This document shows positions 49,402 through 60,337 of a stretch of DNA of 64,000 nucleotides, piece by piece. The notes under the pieces are model-generated. The model was not told where the DNA came from. It saw only the letters and a list, made by a program, of their open reading frames with translations, and did no database searches. Source of the stretch: Ignavibacteriota bacterium (GTDB taxonomy: Bacteria; Bacteroidota; Ignavibacteria; UBA10030; UBA6906); NCBI GenBank assembly GCA_963801355.1, contig CAWDEM010000004.1, forward strand, positions 480,001-544,000. The letters run 5' to 3'. The first letter of the stretch is position 1. Each line of letters opens with the position of its first letter. The position numbers were made by a program, and so were the translations under genes.

Positions 49402-51192
49402 TCACTGTCCGACGGCACTCTTCATTCCCGCTGCTCCCTCAATGGCCTTCACCGATATCCCCTCTCCTCTCGCATACCGTCCCGGTACGGTTACCGGAAG
49501 CGTTCCCGACACGCTGATTCGCCCGGCTACCGCCCGCGCCACAGAGTGCTCCGCGAGATAGGTTCCATTATATGGCGTCATGACGACGGCCGTTTCCGGG
49601 ATCTTTCCGAGAATATACGGATCACCGAAGGCGACAACGATGACGGGCTTTCCCTGATTGTCCAAGGACGCCAGGAAGCGCTCAAGCGGTTCGGAGAATC
49701 TCGCATCCCCCCTCCAGGCTACTACGGAGAGATATATCCCTACGAGCATAACATCGGCGGTTCGCAGGCATTCCGTAAGTTGCACGAATTTCTCCGGGCC
49801 CGACTCATTGGACATCCGCACAACATCGACGGAGCCGACAAATGGTTGGAGTTCGTCGGCCAGGTCTGTGCCAATGTGCGGAGCCGGATCCTCCGTCACA
49901 GTCACAACACACACCCTCGCCGATCGGGGGAGCGGCAGGATATCCCTGGTATTACGCAGCAGGGTCACAGAGAGATCGGAAATACGTTCGCTGATCCGCC
50001 GGGATTCCGGGTGACCGACGATGGTGAAGATGGAGTCCAGAGGAACGAACCGACGGACAGAGAGCCCTGCCCAGAACTTTGCTGCCAGTATCCGCCTGAC
50101 CGATGTGGCAACCCGCTCTTCGGTAAGTCTTCCGGAACGCACGGCGGCCAGGACTCCGTGATAGCCGCTGTCAATGTCCTCGATGCCGAGGATGGCGTCG
50201 ACTCCTGCCTCCAGAGCAAGTACTGCGGCTTCTGCCGATCCGTACTGATCGGTAATTCCCTGCATACGCATCCCGTCGGTGACAATGACGCCATCAAACC
50301 CGAGTTCGTTCCGGAGCAGTCCGGTGAGAATGGGAGCCGACAACGTGGCGGGCCGTCCGGACGGATCAATACGCGGCAGGGCAAGATGCGACGTCATGAT
50401 CGCCTTCGCCCCTGCCGCAATTCCTGCTGTGAACGGAACAAACTCGACCGCACGAAGCCGCTCTACATCGAACGGGAGAAGCGGAAGCCGCATGTGCGAG
50501 TCATCGCGCGTGTCACCGTGTCCGGGAAAGTGCTTTGGTGTTGCAATCAGCCCTGCCTCCTGGGCACCGCGGACGTACGCGGCGACCATTTCTGCAACAG
50601 CGGTCGGGTCTTCACCGAATGATCGCGTGTTGATGACGGGATTGTCGGCATTGCTGTTGACATCCGCAACGGGAGAATTGCTCCAGTGCACGCCGATGGC
50701 ACGCGCCTCGCGTGCGGTGATACGGCCGAGTTCGTATGCGTTGCGTGGATTCCGCGTTGCACCGATTGCCATCTGCGAAACAAATTGAGTCCCTCCGCCC
50801 GGAATGAGCCGAGGAAGCCGGTCCGTCCACCCCCTCGACCGCCGCCAGTAGCTCCCATGGGCGGCACCAGCTTCGAAATCGCCATTGATCAGCAGTGGGA
50901 CTTTGGCCAACGCCTGGAGTCTGTTCGTGATGGAGGCAATATCCAGGATCGTTCCGCCTCCGAGAATGAGCGAACCCACGTGATACTGGGTAACCATATC
51001 ACGAACATACCGGTAGGCCTGATCGTCCTCGTGTGTGTATAATCCCACGAACTCCACCACGAACAGTTGCCCGACCCGCTCTTCAATACTGAGCGAGGCA
51101 AGAGTTGAATCCACCCACCGGTCCCCCTGTGAATACGAGAGAGCACTGGAAACACCCAGGGAGAAGATAAGGGCCAAACGTCTCATCGTCAT
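49402..51192 (-). CDS. GH3 beta-N-acetylhexosaminidase-like, secreted
   Basis: Signal peptide; PVADVN...VINTRSFGED, KHFPGHG...DSH, VTDG. Confidence 0.9.
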   Translation of the reverse strand: MTMRRLALIFSLGVSSALSYSQGDRWVDSTLASLSIEERVGQLFVVEFVGLYTHEDDQAYRYVRDMVTQYHVGSLILGGGTILDIASITNRLQALAKVPLLINGDFEAGAAHGSYWRRSRGWTDRLPRLIPGGGTQFVSQMAIGATRNPRNAYELGRITAREARAIGVHWSNSPVADVNSNADNPVINTRSFGEDPTAVAEMVAAYVRGAQEAGLIATPKHFPGHGDTRDDSHMRLPLLPFDVERLRAVEFVPFTAGIAAGAKAIMTSHLALPRIDPSGRPATLSAPILTGLLRNELGFDGVIVTDGMRMQGITDQYGSAEAAVLALEAGVDAILGIEDIDSGYHGVLAAVRSGRLTEERVATSVRRILAAKFWAGLSVRRFVPLDSIFTIVGHPESRRISERISDLSVTLLRNTRDILPLPRSARVCVVTVTEDPAPHIGTDLADELQPFVGSVDVVRMSNESGPEKFVQLTECLRTADVMLVGIYLSVVAWRGDARFSEPLERFLASLDNQGKPVIVVAFGDPYILGKIPETAVVMTPYNGTYLAEHSVARAVAGRISVSGTLPVTVPGRYARGEGISVKAIEGAAGMKSAVGQ

Positions 51193-51328
51193 GGCGGGGT
51201 GCTCTTTTCACTTGTGGTGTATGTGCGGTCAGGTGCCAGGTTCGCATCCGCGGATCAATATCGGTATTGCGGGACGTGAATTCAAGAACGCGTATAGTAG
51301 CCGAGTTCTGCCACAAGATTCGTTTTGG

Positions 51329-51357
51329 TTGACACAATCACAAAAGTCTTGTAGATT
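51329..51357 (+). promoter_or_regulatory. sigma70-like promoter of the carbohydrate cluster
   Basis: TTGACA-N17-TAGATT, 35 nt upstream of ATG 51393. Confidence 0.6.
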
Positions 51358-51392
51358 GCCTCTCAGTCTTTCTCGCCCCGGGAACTTCAACA

Positions 51393-52388
51393 ATGACACA
51401 CCTTCTCATCGCACTCCTTCTTGCCGGGTCTCTTGCACAGGGCCAGGGGCGACAATCTGCAAGTGCCGCCGGCGGACCGACTTCTGATGATGCCCGCCCC
51501 ATGAGCACGCTGGCGGGGATCCAGTCGGTCGAGCGAACACTCAATCTCAAAATCGCCACTCCTTCCGGCGGAACGATCAAATCCTGGTACATCCTGGCTC
51601 CGCCACGGGCGATGTGCACACTCAGCGTTGATGGAACCCCGCGCTTCGCGGGCAGGTTTGGAAACCTCTTCATGTCACGTGCCAGCGTCATGTCCAGCGC
51701 GACCGGGAATGACGGATTCACCAGCAGGTATTTCTCCGTGACCAATACCGGTCTGCTGAACGGCTACACGGCCGGGCACAACGCATATTTCGATGTTCCA
51801 TTTACCGACTCGGTAAACATTAGTATTGCCGGCGATACGGCCTGGGTCGCGTTCTATAATATCTTTTACGAGATCGGCAGGCGCGACAGGGGCCGGTACA
51901 ACGAGTTTTATGCCTGCACAGGCGACAGCCTCCCGACCGATGCCAACGTCAGTGATACGCTCCTGACTCTGAAGAATGTCGGGAGAGGCGTCTACTGGTC
52001 ATTGTATTACTGGATGCTCTCTGACAGCGTCACGGAAAACAACAGGGCATTCGAGGAAAGGGATTTCTATTGCGTCCCCGACGGGAGAAGCGTGCACCTT
52101 TCCACGGGAACGGAAGACTATTGCGGGTACTACTACAATTGGCAGAGTGCCGCAGGGTTGGGGTCAAGAACGTCGGACTTCCATGGTTCACCCACATTCG
52201 GCAAGAGAGCCGACGGGAGATACCTGGACGCCTTTTACAGAATTCATGAGCTGGATCGGATCCCATTCGAAAATGATTTCCTTTTCTACTGGGAATCCTG
52301 GGACGGCTGGCCGAAGATTCTCCAATCCCGGTACTGTCACATCGGCTACACCATCATCTACTATCTCGAACGCCGGAAGCCGGCGTAG
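51393..52388 (+). CDS. secreted DUF2961/GH172-like protein
   Basis: Signal peptide; VPF, STGTEDY and YRIHELDRIPF motifs. Confidence 0.65.
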   Translation: MTHLLIALLLAGSLAQGQGRQSASAAGGPTSDDARPMSTLAGIQSVERTLNLKIATPSGGTIKSWYILAPPRAMCTLSVDGTPRFAGRFGNLFMSRASVMSSATGNDGFTSRYFSVTNTGLLNGYTAGHNAYFDVPFTDSVNISIAGDTAWVAFYNIFYEIGRRDRGRYNEFYACTGDSLPTDANVSDTLLTLKNVGRGVYWSLYYWMLSDSVTENNRAFEERDFYCVPDGRSVHLSTGTEDYCGYYYNWQSAAGLGSRTSDFHGSPTFGKRADGRYLDAFYRIHELDRIPFENDFLFYWESWDGWPKILQSRYCHIGYTIIYYLERRKPA

Positions 52389-52430
52389 TGCTCCCTTCGA
52401 AGTTTCTCTCTCACCACATGATGAGCGGCA

Positions 52431-53408
52431 ATGCCAGCAGATATTCAGGTAGCGATCATCGGCTGCGGAAGCATGGGAGAAGTCCACGCCCAATGCCTTT
52501 CCCGTATCGAGCACGTCAGCATGCGCGCGTTCTGCGATGCGGAGGAACAGCATGCACACTCCCTCTGCGCGAAATTCAAGGGGCTGTATGCCACAACCGA
52601 TCCCGAAAAGGTCCTACGCGATGATGCAGTCGACGCAGTCTACATCTGCACGCATCACGACACACACAGTTCTCTTGCCATCAGAGCCGCAGAGCGTCAT
52701 AAGCATGTGATGGTCGAGAAACCGCTGGCCCTGACTCTTCGGGAGTGCTTTGAGGTCGGGAATGCGGTCGAAAAGTACGGCATCACCCTGATGACCGGCT
52801 TCAAGATGCGTTACTATCCTTCGGTTGCCCGCGCCAGAGAATTCATCCCCTCACCCCTCGTAACGATGGGGCAGATGATGGACGCACGATGGCCCGACGA
52901 CTTCTGGGCCAACGATCCGGTGAAAGGAGGCGGGAACGTCCTGTCGCAGGGATGCCATACGATGGACCTCGTCTGCCACCTCAACGGTGCGAAACCCATC
53001 CGGATTTTTGCGGAAGGGGGGAATTATACGCACCAGGGAAGGGAGATCGTTGATAACATCGTGGCGACCATCCGGTTTGACAACGGGGCCGTTGCGAGCA
53101 TTGCACAGGGTGATTCAGGACAAACCCCCTTTGTGTCAAAATTTTCCTTTCAGGTTACCGACGGCCGCAAGACGGCGCACCTGAGAAACCGGTTGAAGAC
53201 GGTCACCTTTTTCGACGGCGAGAACACTCACGAGGTGACCGATCCGGAGGAGTACGGCTTCCCCGAGGAGAATAGGGATTTTGTGCGCTCTCTTCTCACA
53301 ACTACTCCGCCCCCCATCACGCACATTGACGGCCTCAGGGCCACACTCCTCATTCTGAAGGCCTTTGAGTCATTGAAGACCGGACTTCCACAGACGCTCT
53401 CCATCTGA
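52431..53408 (+). CDS. Gfo/Idh/MocA oxidoreductase
   Basis: IIGCGSMG, VEKPLA, GGG...GCHTMD. Confidence 0.9.
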   Translation: MPADIQVAIIGCGSMGEVHAQCLSRIEHVSMRAFCDAEEQHAHSLCAKFKGLYATTDPEKVLRDDAVDAVYICTHHDTHSSLAIRAAERHKHVMVEKPLALTLRECFEVGNAVEKYGITLMTGFKMRYYPSVARAREFIPSPLVTMGQMMDARWPDDFWANDPVKGGGNVLSQGCHTMDLVCHLNGAKPIRIFAEGGNYTHQGREIVDNIVATIRFDNGAVASIAQGDSGQTPFVSKFSFQVTDGRKTAHLRNRLKTVTFFDGENTHEVTDPEEYGFPEENRDFVRSLLTTTPPPITHIDGLRATLLILKAFESLKTGLPQTLSI

Positions 53409-53418
53409 ATCATGTCCC

Positions 53419-56268
53419 ATGACAGATCCTCGTCCTGACCCTCTCGCAATTCCGCCTGGTGAATGGCACATGTACAGGCGCGACCACCGTCTGAGCGGCC
53501 GTTCGCCGCTGCGCGGGAAGGTTTCCCGGCCTGTTATACGCTGGGCGTTTCCGCTCGGCGGCTCCGAGAACGAATGCTTTCCCGTTCCCGCCTCTGATGG
53601 ACGGATGGACCTGCTCTTTGCGTATGGCGGATGTATCGTCCGGACTGACGGCACCGGTGCCGCTGTCTGGAAAAGTCAGAGTTACGGTATTAACGCCATC
53701 GGCGCCGTCGAGGATCTGGACGGCGATGGCAGACTGGAAATCGCATGCAGTACCGGCTACGAGGTGATTGTCCTCGCCGCTGAATCCGGCCGCCTCCTGA
53801 TGAGACACTATCTGGGCTTTCCGCTTTCTGCGGGGACTCCGGCCGGTATGCTCCTCTGCCACAAATTCGATAAGAAGTCCAGAGGCATGCACCTGATCGC
53901 CCCCATGATGAGTGCGAAAGAAGTACTGGTGTTCGATTTCCGCAATGGGAAGCGAGAAGGGATGCTGGCGCATACGCTCTGGATGGACGACGCCTTTCAT
54001 CCCACCGTCGCAGCAGCGGACATGAACAATGACGGGGTGGATGAGCTTGTGGTTTCCAAGCTTTGCGGGCTCTATGTATTCAACGTTCTGACCGGGGTCA
54101 TGACCTCATCTGTCCACTGGACCTCAAATGGCGAGCGTCACCGCAACTATGGCCTGACCCAGCTCGTGGACATCGATGGCGACGGCGCCCGCGAGGTCGT
54201 TATCGTCGCAGAGCGCGTTGCACGGCACATTGCGGTGATCGACAATGACGGAAAGGGAAACCTTAGGAACCTCTGGGACAGGTTCATCGAGTTCATCTAT
54301 CCTAACGACACCACCGAACTCCGTCATACAGGGAATTCGGTGCAGGACGTGGACGGTGACGGAAAACCCGAACTGGTGGTGAGTCTCTTCAACGCCAGAA
54401 GAGATGGGCGCTGGTGGCTGGAAATCCTCGATCCCGGAACCGGCACGATCAAGCTGGAAATGCCCGACACATACCTCTGGGGCGTACAGGATGTGAACGG
54501 CGATGGCGTGTCTGAACTGCTGGTCGGGAAGGAATACCAGCGCAATCCGATTCCATTTTCCCTGGTGGAAGTCACCAGCGTCAGAGACCTGAAGCCCGAA
54601 GTGCTGTGGAGTTGCGACAATGCACGATTTGCGGGGAGGCCCCTCCGTCCCTCGGGGTCGAAATCGAACTTCCGGCCGGTGCAATTCGGCCATGATGAGA
54701 CGTGGACAGAATTTTCGGAAGGCGGCGGCACCGTTTTTCTTTTTACCGTTGCGCCGGACCGGACCCGCTGGCTTGCCGAGGTCTCGTGGAGGGATGGACT
54801 GATTGCCGTGAGTTCGACGCCGCTCGGTTCATCCGGCGAGTTCGTCATGTCAGCGCTTGCCGACGTCGATGGTGACGGCGTGTGCGAATGTGTTCTGTCG
54901 GAAAACAACGGCAGGATCCTCATTGTTCGCGCCGACAGGGGTGTTCAGGCGGCCTGGGCCGTCGGGTTTCGATTGCAGCTTGAAGGATTCTCCGCCGCGC
55001 GGCCCGGCCCCGTGCCGGTGGTCTACCGGGCATACGGGGATCAACAACCCTTCATCACGATCCCCGACAACACCAACACACTCCATCAGTTGCAGGTCGA
55101 TCGATCAGGAACGAAGGTTGTGGAGCGATGGGAGAAGCGCGGACGCGGATGGATGGGCTATGATAATTGCTTCCACAGCGCATATGTGCGGGACGTTGAC
55201 GGGGACGGCACGCTGGAACTGATGGCGGTGAACCCGGAGCGGGAAGATTGTTCCGAACTCATGGCCCTGGGTCCCGACGGTGCGGTGAAACGATCGTGGC
55301 TGTTCCCCGAAACCCCGCCCCCTGGGCTGACCAGAATCGGGCTCTATGCATGGATCGTCACATGCGGAAACACTCCAGACGGGAACTCTGAAGCGACTAT
55401 TGTTGCTTCGTCATACGCATCGTATTCGATGAACTCCGAAGAGACCGTCGCTGTAGACCTCCAGAACAACACACTGTGGCACCGGAGACAGCAGGGCGAA
55501 GGGGAGTGGGGACGCGGAGTTGGACCCTGGAGCGCTTTTTCCGTCCTTCAATCAGCAGGCAAACCGGCACAGATTCTCTTTCTTGCAAAAGATCTTCTCT
55601 GCCACCTGGATGCCCGGTCAGGCCGGTGGATTCGGGAACCATGGATTCTCTGGCGCGCCACCAACTCCGTGATGAATCAACCTGATTGGGATTTCACAAA
55701 AGACCGCCAGGCGGATTTCGGTTCGGCAAAGGATCCGTTTACCGCCTACGGCTCTCCCATTCTTGCCGACGTGGACAATGACGGCCGGGATGAGATTCTC
55801 GTGGGAGGATGTTTCGGGGGATTCGGAGTGCTGCGCGACGATTTTTCCATCCTCTGGTGGATGCAAACACCGTTTACCGATATGATGCTCCGCCTCCCGG
55901 GAATCGCCGACGTTCAGGGCGATGGACGTCTCTGTGTCGGCATATGCCGGGCAAACGGAATTTTCAGCTGCCTCGAAGGGGCCACAGGAAAAGTCCTGTG
56001 GAACATCGATCTCCAGAGCACCACGGCGGACATTGTGAGCTGCGATATCGATGGTGACGGCAAGGAAGAATTCCTGGCCGGAACCACCGACGGCCGGCTG
56101 CTTGCCATCGGTACCGATGCCTCCGGACAGGGTGTCGTCCGCTGGAGTGTGAATATCGGGTGCGCCCTCGGTAATCCGGTTGTTGCAGATGCCGACGGCG
56201 ATGGATTCAGCGAAGTTATCGTTGTGACCGGAGACGGATCGCTCGTCTGCATCGGCATGGGAGAGTGA
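53419..56268 (+). CDS. FG-GAP/VCBS repeat beta-propeller protein
   Basis: About 11 DxDGDGxxE-type repeats; no obvious signal peptide. Confidence 0.85.
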   Translation: MTDPRPDPLAIPPGEWHMYRRDHRLSGRSPLRGKVSRPVIRWAFPLGGSENECFPVPASDGRMDLLFAYGGCIVRTDGTGAAVWKSQSYGINAIGAVEDLDGDGRLEIACSTGYEVIVLAAESGRLLMRHYLGFPLSAGTPAGMLLCHKFDKKSRGMHLIAPMMSAKEVLVFDFRNGKREGMLAHTLWMDDAFHPTVAAADMNNDGVDELVVSKLCGLYVFNVLTGVMTSSVHWTSNGERHRNYGLTQLVDIDGDGAREVVIVAERVARHIAVIDNDGKGNLRNLWDRFIEFIYPNDTTELRHTGNSVQDVDGDGKPELVVSLFNARRDGRWWLEILDPGTGTIKLEMPDTYLWGVQDVNGDGVSELLVGKEYQRNPIPFSLVEVTSVRDLKPEVLWSCDNARFAGRPLRPSGSKSNFRPVQFGHDETWTEFSEGGGTVFLFTVAPDRTRWLAEVSWRDGLIAVSSTPLGSSGEFVMSALADVDGDGVCECVLSENNGRILIVRADRGVQAAWAVGFRLQLEGFSAARPGPVPVVYRAYGDQQPFITIPDNTNTLHQLQVDRSGTKVVERWEKRGRGWMGYDNCFHSAYVRDVDGDGTLELMAVNPEREDCSELMALGPDGAVKRSWLFPETPPPGLTRIGLYAWIVTCGNTPDGNSEATIVASSYASYSMNSEETVAVDLQNNTLWHRRQQGEGEWGRGVGPWSAFSVLQSAGKPAQILFLAKDLLCHLDARSGRWIREPWILWRATNSVMNQPDWDFTKDRQADFGSAKDPFTAYGSPILADVDNDGRDEILVGGCFGGFGVLRDDFSILWWMQTPFTDMMLRLPGIADVQGDGRLCVGICRANGIFSCLEGATGKVLWNIDLQSTTADIVSCDIDGDGKEEFLAGTTDGRLLAIGTDASGQGVVRWSVNIGCALGNPVVADADGDGFSEVIVVTGDGSLVCIGMGE

Positions 56269-57143
56269 CAATGCGCAAGGTGACCATCGGGACAACGGCG
56301 TTTCTGGTTGAAGACTCGCCGCACACCATCAAAATGAACATCAGCAGGGCCATTGGCTATATCACCCTCGCGAAATCTCAAGGAGCCGACATCCTCTGTC
56401 TTCCGGAGATGGTGAGCACCGCAAACGTTCCCCCGGATCTGGAATACCATGCGGAAGACTTCCCGGGAGAAATCACCGCAGCCTTCCGCCGGGCGGCACG
56501 GACACACAACATCCATGTCGTCGCCCCGTATCTCGTCCGTTCGGGAAAGAAAATCTATAACCAGGCGACAGTCATCGACAGAAGAGGGAAGATAGCGGGT
56601 TTCTATCGCAAGGTTCAACCGACGGCGGAGGAGAGCCGGCACGTTGCCCCGGGAAAAGACCTTCCGGTCTTTGATCTGGAGTTCGGCAGGATCGCCGTCA
56701 TGATCTGCATGGACATCTATTTCCCCGAGATTCCGCGGATCTATGCATTCAAGGGGGCGGAGATTGTGTTCTGGCCAACGGTCTCGCACGGGCCCACACA
56801 GGAAACTCTTCGCACGCAGCTTACTGCCCGTGCCGTAGACAATTCACTTATTATGGCCGAGGCGAACCTCGCAAACCATCCGCCCTATGCGGCGTACACA
56901 GGCCGGTATCGGCCCGCGACCGCACGTATCATCGATCACAACGGGGACATTCTGGCGCAAACCGGAAGACGCCATGGCGTTGCCACCGCGACGGTCGATC
57001 TGGACGAAGTGCGGCTCACCTCGCAATGCGTGCTGATCCGTGAACCGGACCGGATGAGGGAAGACCTGGAGAGCATCACGCGGCTTGACCTGTATGCACG
57101 CGAGTACCAGAAACTGTCCCGGAAACAAAAGAGAGTCTATTGA
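56265..57143 (+). CDS. carbon-nitrogen hydrolase (nitrilase superfamily)
   Basis: Catalytic triad motifs CLPE, YRK and ICMD. Confidence 0.9.
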   Translation: MTMRKVTIGTTAFLVEDSPHTIKMNISRAIGYITLAKSQGADILCLPEMVSTANVPPDLEYHAEDFPGEITAAFRRAARTHNIHVVAPYLVRSGKKIYNQATVIDRRGKIAGFYRKVQPTAEESRHVAPGKDLPVFDLEFGRIAVMICMDIYFPEIPRIYAFKGAEIVFWPTVSHGPTQETLRTQLTARAVDNSLIMAEANLANHPPYAAYTGRYRPATARIIDHNGDILAQTGRRHGVATATVDLDEVRLTSQCVLIREPDRMREDLESITRLDLYAREYQKLSRKQKRVY

Positions 57144-58444
57144 TGTCCCCCCTGCGCATCGCGGTTGCAGCAATTCTCTTTCTCACGCTCCTCTCTTGCG
57201 GCGAGAAGACACAGCCTCAGGGTTCCATCACGCTGACGCTGTATCACTGGATGGAGAAGGACCGATCGCTCTGGGAAGAAGAGATCATCAAACCTTTTGA
57301 GAAATCCCACCCGGGCATCCGCGTTATTCTGCAGACATCGCCATATCCGCTCTTCGTCACCAAGAGTCTTACCTCGATAGCTTCCGGGAACCAGTTGGCG
57401 GATCTGATGTTTGCTGAAGATTGGTTCGGACAGGAGCTGATTCACAAGAAGTACGCATTGAACCTCATGCCGTATGTGAGACGTGATCTCGCCATTGATG
57501 ATTTCAACAGCGAGACATTCACCGAATGGCGGGGAGTCGCACAGCGGGAGGATGAACTCTATGGCTTCCCGGCGTGTCTCGGATTGACGGTCCTGTTCTA
57601 CAATAAGGACCTGTTTGACCGTGCGGGAATCCCGTACCCTGACACGTCATGGACGTACGAAGATCTGCGCAGGGTCGGTGAACGGTTGACACTGGATACC
57701 GACGGGGATGGCATCCCGGATCAGTGGGGGCTCTCCTTTGATGTGCATTACACCGGACTCGAGACGGTACTCTACTCGTTCGGCGGTCGCATGCTGACCG
57801 ATGACTCCAAACGGGCGGACCTGAGCGAAGCGGCCACTCTTCGGGGTTTTCATTTCATCAAAGACCTGTTCGTCGACCGGAGGATAGCATCAAACACCAC
57901 ATCGTTCGTCAATCCCTGGGCTTCGTTTGTCGGGCAAAGGGCAGCCATGATTTTGATCGGATCCCTGGGTGCGGTGAATCTGGAAGGCAGCCCCATCCGT
58001 TGGGATTTGACGTTTCCACCGAAGGGACCCGGCGGCAAACGGATGTCGAGACGGTTCACCATGGCGTTCATGATCCCCAGGAATTCACCCCATCCCGACG
58101 AGGCATGGGAGCTTCTCCACTGGATACTGACAAAGAGTCCGGTTGAACGCCTCAACACCCAGTACCTCGGGATGATGCCGACGTACAAGCGGTTCACGCA
58201 ATCTGCGGAGTGGCTCACTGCACCCCCCTCCCATAACCGTCATCTTCTTGTCGAACTCGAGCAGCGGCATGCATTTCCGCTGTTTACACCCGCATGGCAG
58301 GAGTGGCGCGACAACAACCTGACGCCGGAGATGCTCCTGATGATTCAGGGGAAGAAACCGGTGGAAGAATGTGTTCGCGACGCCGAGCGGAGAATCAATG
58401 GTGTGCTTGCCCGTGTGTTCAAGAACCAGAGAAATCACCCATGA
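57143..58444 (+). CDS. carbohydrate ABC transporter substrate-binding lipoprotein
   Basis: Lipobox LLSC; LFYNKDLFDRAGIPYPD...WT motif. Confidence 0.9.
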   Translation: MSPLRIAVAAILFLTLLSCGEKTQPQGSITLTLYHWMEKDRSLWEEEIIKPFEKSHPGIRVILQTSPYPLFVTKSLTSIASGNQLADLMFAEDWFGQELIHKKYALNLMPYVRRDLAIDDFNSETFTEWRGVAQREDELYGFPACLGLTVLFYNKDLFDRAGIPYPDTSWTYEDLRRVGERLTLDTDGDGIPDQWGLSFDVHYTGLETVLYSFGGRMLTDDSKRADLSEAATLRGFHFIKDLFVDRRIASNTTSFVNPWASFVGQRAAMILIGSLGAVNLEGSPIRWDLTFPPKGPGGKRMSRRFTMAFMIPRNSPHPDEAWELLHWILTKSPVERLNTQYLGMMPTYKRFTQSAEWLTAPPSHNRHLLVELEQRHAFPLFTPAWQEWRDNNLTPEMLLMIQGKKPVEECVRDAERRINGVLARVFKNQRNHP

Positions 58445-59358
58445 TTCGCATCGGACTTGTTGACCTGGATACATCCCACCCCCAAGCGTTCACGCGCATC
58501 CTTCGCACCATCCCGGATGTTGAGGTCAGTGCACTCTGGGACGGCCATGACGTCTGGCCGGAGGGATACGAGAGCACATTTGCCAAGGCAAACAACATAC
58601 CGGTTGTCTGTTCGCGCCTTGAGGACATGCCGGATCGTCTGGATGCGGCGATGATTCACGGGACAAACTGGGACTCTCACATCGAAAAAGCACTTGTCTT
58701 CATGAAGGCGAAGAAACCGGTGTTGATCGACAAGCCCGTTGTCGGATCCGCGGGTGATTGTGATCGGCTGCTGAATCTGCAGGAAAAATATGGCTCGCTC
58801 GTGTACGGCGGATCGTCACTGCGATACGCAAGAGAAGTCACCGCATTACGCGGGATGATCGGTCCGCGCGATAACCTGGTTTCCATGCTTGCCGCGGGTC
58901 CGGGCGATTTTTTCAGCTACGGCATTCATACCACGGAGATGCTTCAGGGGTGCGTGGGGATCGGCGTGAAATCGGTGAGGGCGATAACGCAACACCGGGT
59001 TCCACTGCTGGCGGTGACATACCACGACGGCTTTGTGGCGCTGATGCGGCTGCAGATGCCTTTTCACGAATGGTCGCTTTGCGCCCATACCGTCACGGGG
59101 TTGCACACAACGACGGTCAGCGTCGACGGACTGTATGAACCCTTTCTCCAGAATTTTGTTTCTCTGTTGAAGGGTGGGAAGGTCGACTACACACTCGCGG
59201 GGCCGGTGGAGGCCGTTCGCGTGCACCTCGCCGCGAAGATCGCTCTTGCGAAAGGGACAGAAGTGTCGCTGGACACACTGCCGGGCGACGCAGGATTCCC
59301 CGGGCGAGCATTTGCCGAGGACTATGCGGCGGCAAAGCGGCGAGAGTCACAGCACTGA
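58441..59358 (+). CDS. Gfo/Idh/MocA-like oxidoreductase
   Basis: MIRIGLVDLDTSH, IDKP, GGSSLRY, YGIH. Confidence 0.8.
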   Translation: MIRIGLVDLDTSHPQAFTRILRTIPDVEVSALWDGHDVWPEGYESTFAKANNIPVVCSRLEDMPDRLDAAMIHGTNWDSHIEKALVFMKAKKPVLIDKPVVGSAGDCDRLLNLQEKYGSLVYGGSSLRYAREVTALRGMIGPRDNLVSMLAAGPGDFFSYGIHTTEMLQGCVGIGVKSVRAITQHRVPLLAVTYHDGFVALMRLQMPFHEWSLCAHTVTGLHTTTVSVDGLYEPFLQNFVSLLKGGKVDYTLAGPVEAVRVHLAAKIALAKGTEVSLDTLPGDAGFPGRAFAEDYAAAKRRESQH

Positions 59359-59452
59359 CCAAGAGAATCCATCACGCGGCACCGATTGAGGAGCAGATGA
59401 TTCGATCCTGACAAACTGGAACGGTATCGCGTCAGGGAGTGAGCGCCAAAGG

Positions 59453-60337
59453 ATGATAACACCGGCCAGAGCCTTCCGGGTCCTTGAACCTTATCTGTAC
59501 CTGCTTCCCACCATCATCGGCTTGATGCTCTTCAGCGCGGGCGCCGTTGCGGCTTCCTTTTTCATAAGCTTCACGCAATGGGACGTGGTCTCATCCCCCG
59601 AATGGGTTTGGCTGGACAACTACATCGCGCTCTGGCAATCGGACCTGTTCTGGGAAGTTTTTCGTAACACCCTCTATTTTATTCTCCTCGCAGTTCCTCT
59701 CTCGGTCGCATGCTCGCTCGCCCTTGCCCTTGTGGCAAACACCGGGTTGAAAGGGATTACGCTCTTTCGCACGGCGTATTTCCTCCCGGTTGTCTCCTCT
59801 ATGATCGCTGTAGCTCTCGTCTGGAGCTGGATCTATAATCCCGAATACGGCCTGCTCAACTATCTCCTGCAGCTGCTGTTCGGGGTCAAGGGGCCGGCAT
59901 GGCTGGACAGTACTACGTGGGCGCTTCCTGCGATGGTCATTGTCACGGTCTGGAAGGGATTGGGATACTCGATGGTGATTTTCCTCGCCGGACTTCAGAA
60001 TATCCCTCAGGATCTCTATCATGCGGCGACCATCGACGGCGCCGGTGTGTGGAAAAGATTCCGGCATATCACTCTTCCGATGCTTTCACCCACGACATTC
60101 TTCGTCATTGTCATCACGCTGATCAACTCGTTCCAGGTGTTTGAGCAGACGTACGTCCTCACAAGAGGGGGGCCGGCAAACTCAACACTCACCATGAGCT
60201 ACTACATCTACCAGAATGCATTCCAGTATTTCCAAATGGGAAAGGCGGCGGCAATCTCGTACGTTCTGTTTGCAGCCATCTTCGTTGTGACGCTCGTGCA
60301 GTTCAGGATCCAGAAGCGTTGGGTGTTTTATGGATAG
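59453..60337 (+). CDS. carbohydrate ABC transporter permease
   Basis: EAA-like motif LYHAATIDGA...FRHITLPML; about 6 TMs. Confidence 0.92.
   Translation: MITPARAFRVLEPYLYLLPTIIGLMLFSAGAVAASFFISFTQWDVVSSPEWVWLDNYIALWQSDLFWEVFRNTLYFILLAVPLSVACSLALALVANTGLKGITLFRTAYFLPVVSSMIAVALVWSWIYNPEYGLLNYLLQLLFGVKGPAWLDSTTWALPAMVIVTVWKGLGYSMVIFLAGLQNIPQDLYHAATIDGAGVWKRFRHITLPMLSPTTFFVIVITLINSFQVFEQTYVLTRGGPANSTLTMSYYIYQNAFQYFQMGKAAAISYVLFAAIFVVTLVQFRIQKRWVFYG

Noticed and set aside
49363-50622. 419-aa plus-strand ORF, and similar long antisense ORFs (2047-2940, 11031-11822, 15436-16260, 55914-56789)
   Set aside because: These are shadow ORFs opposite well-supported genes in GC-rich DNA and have no recognisable motifs.
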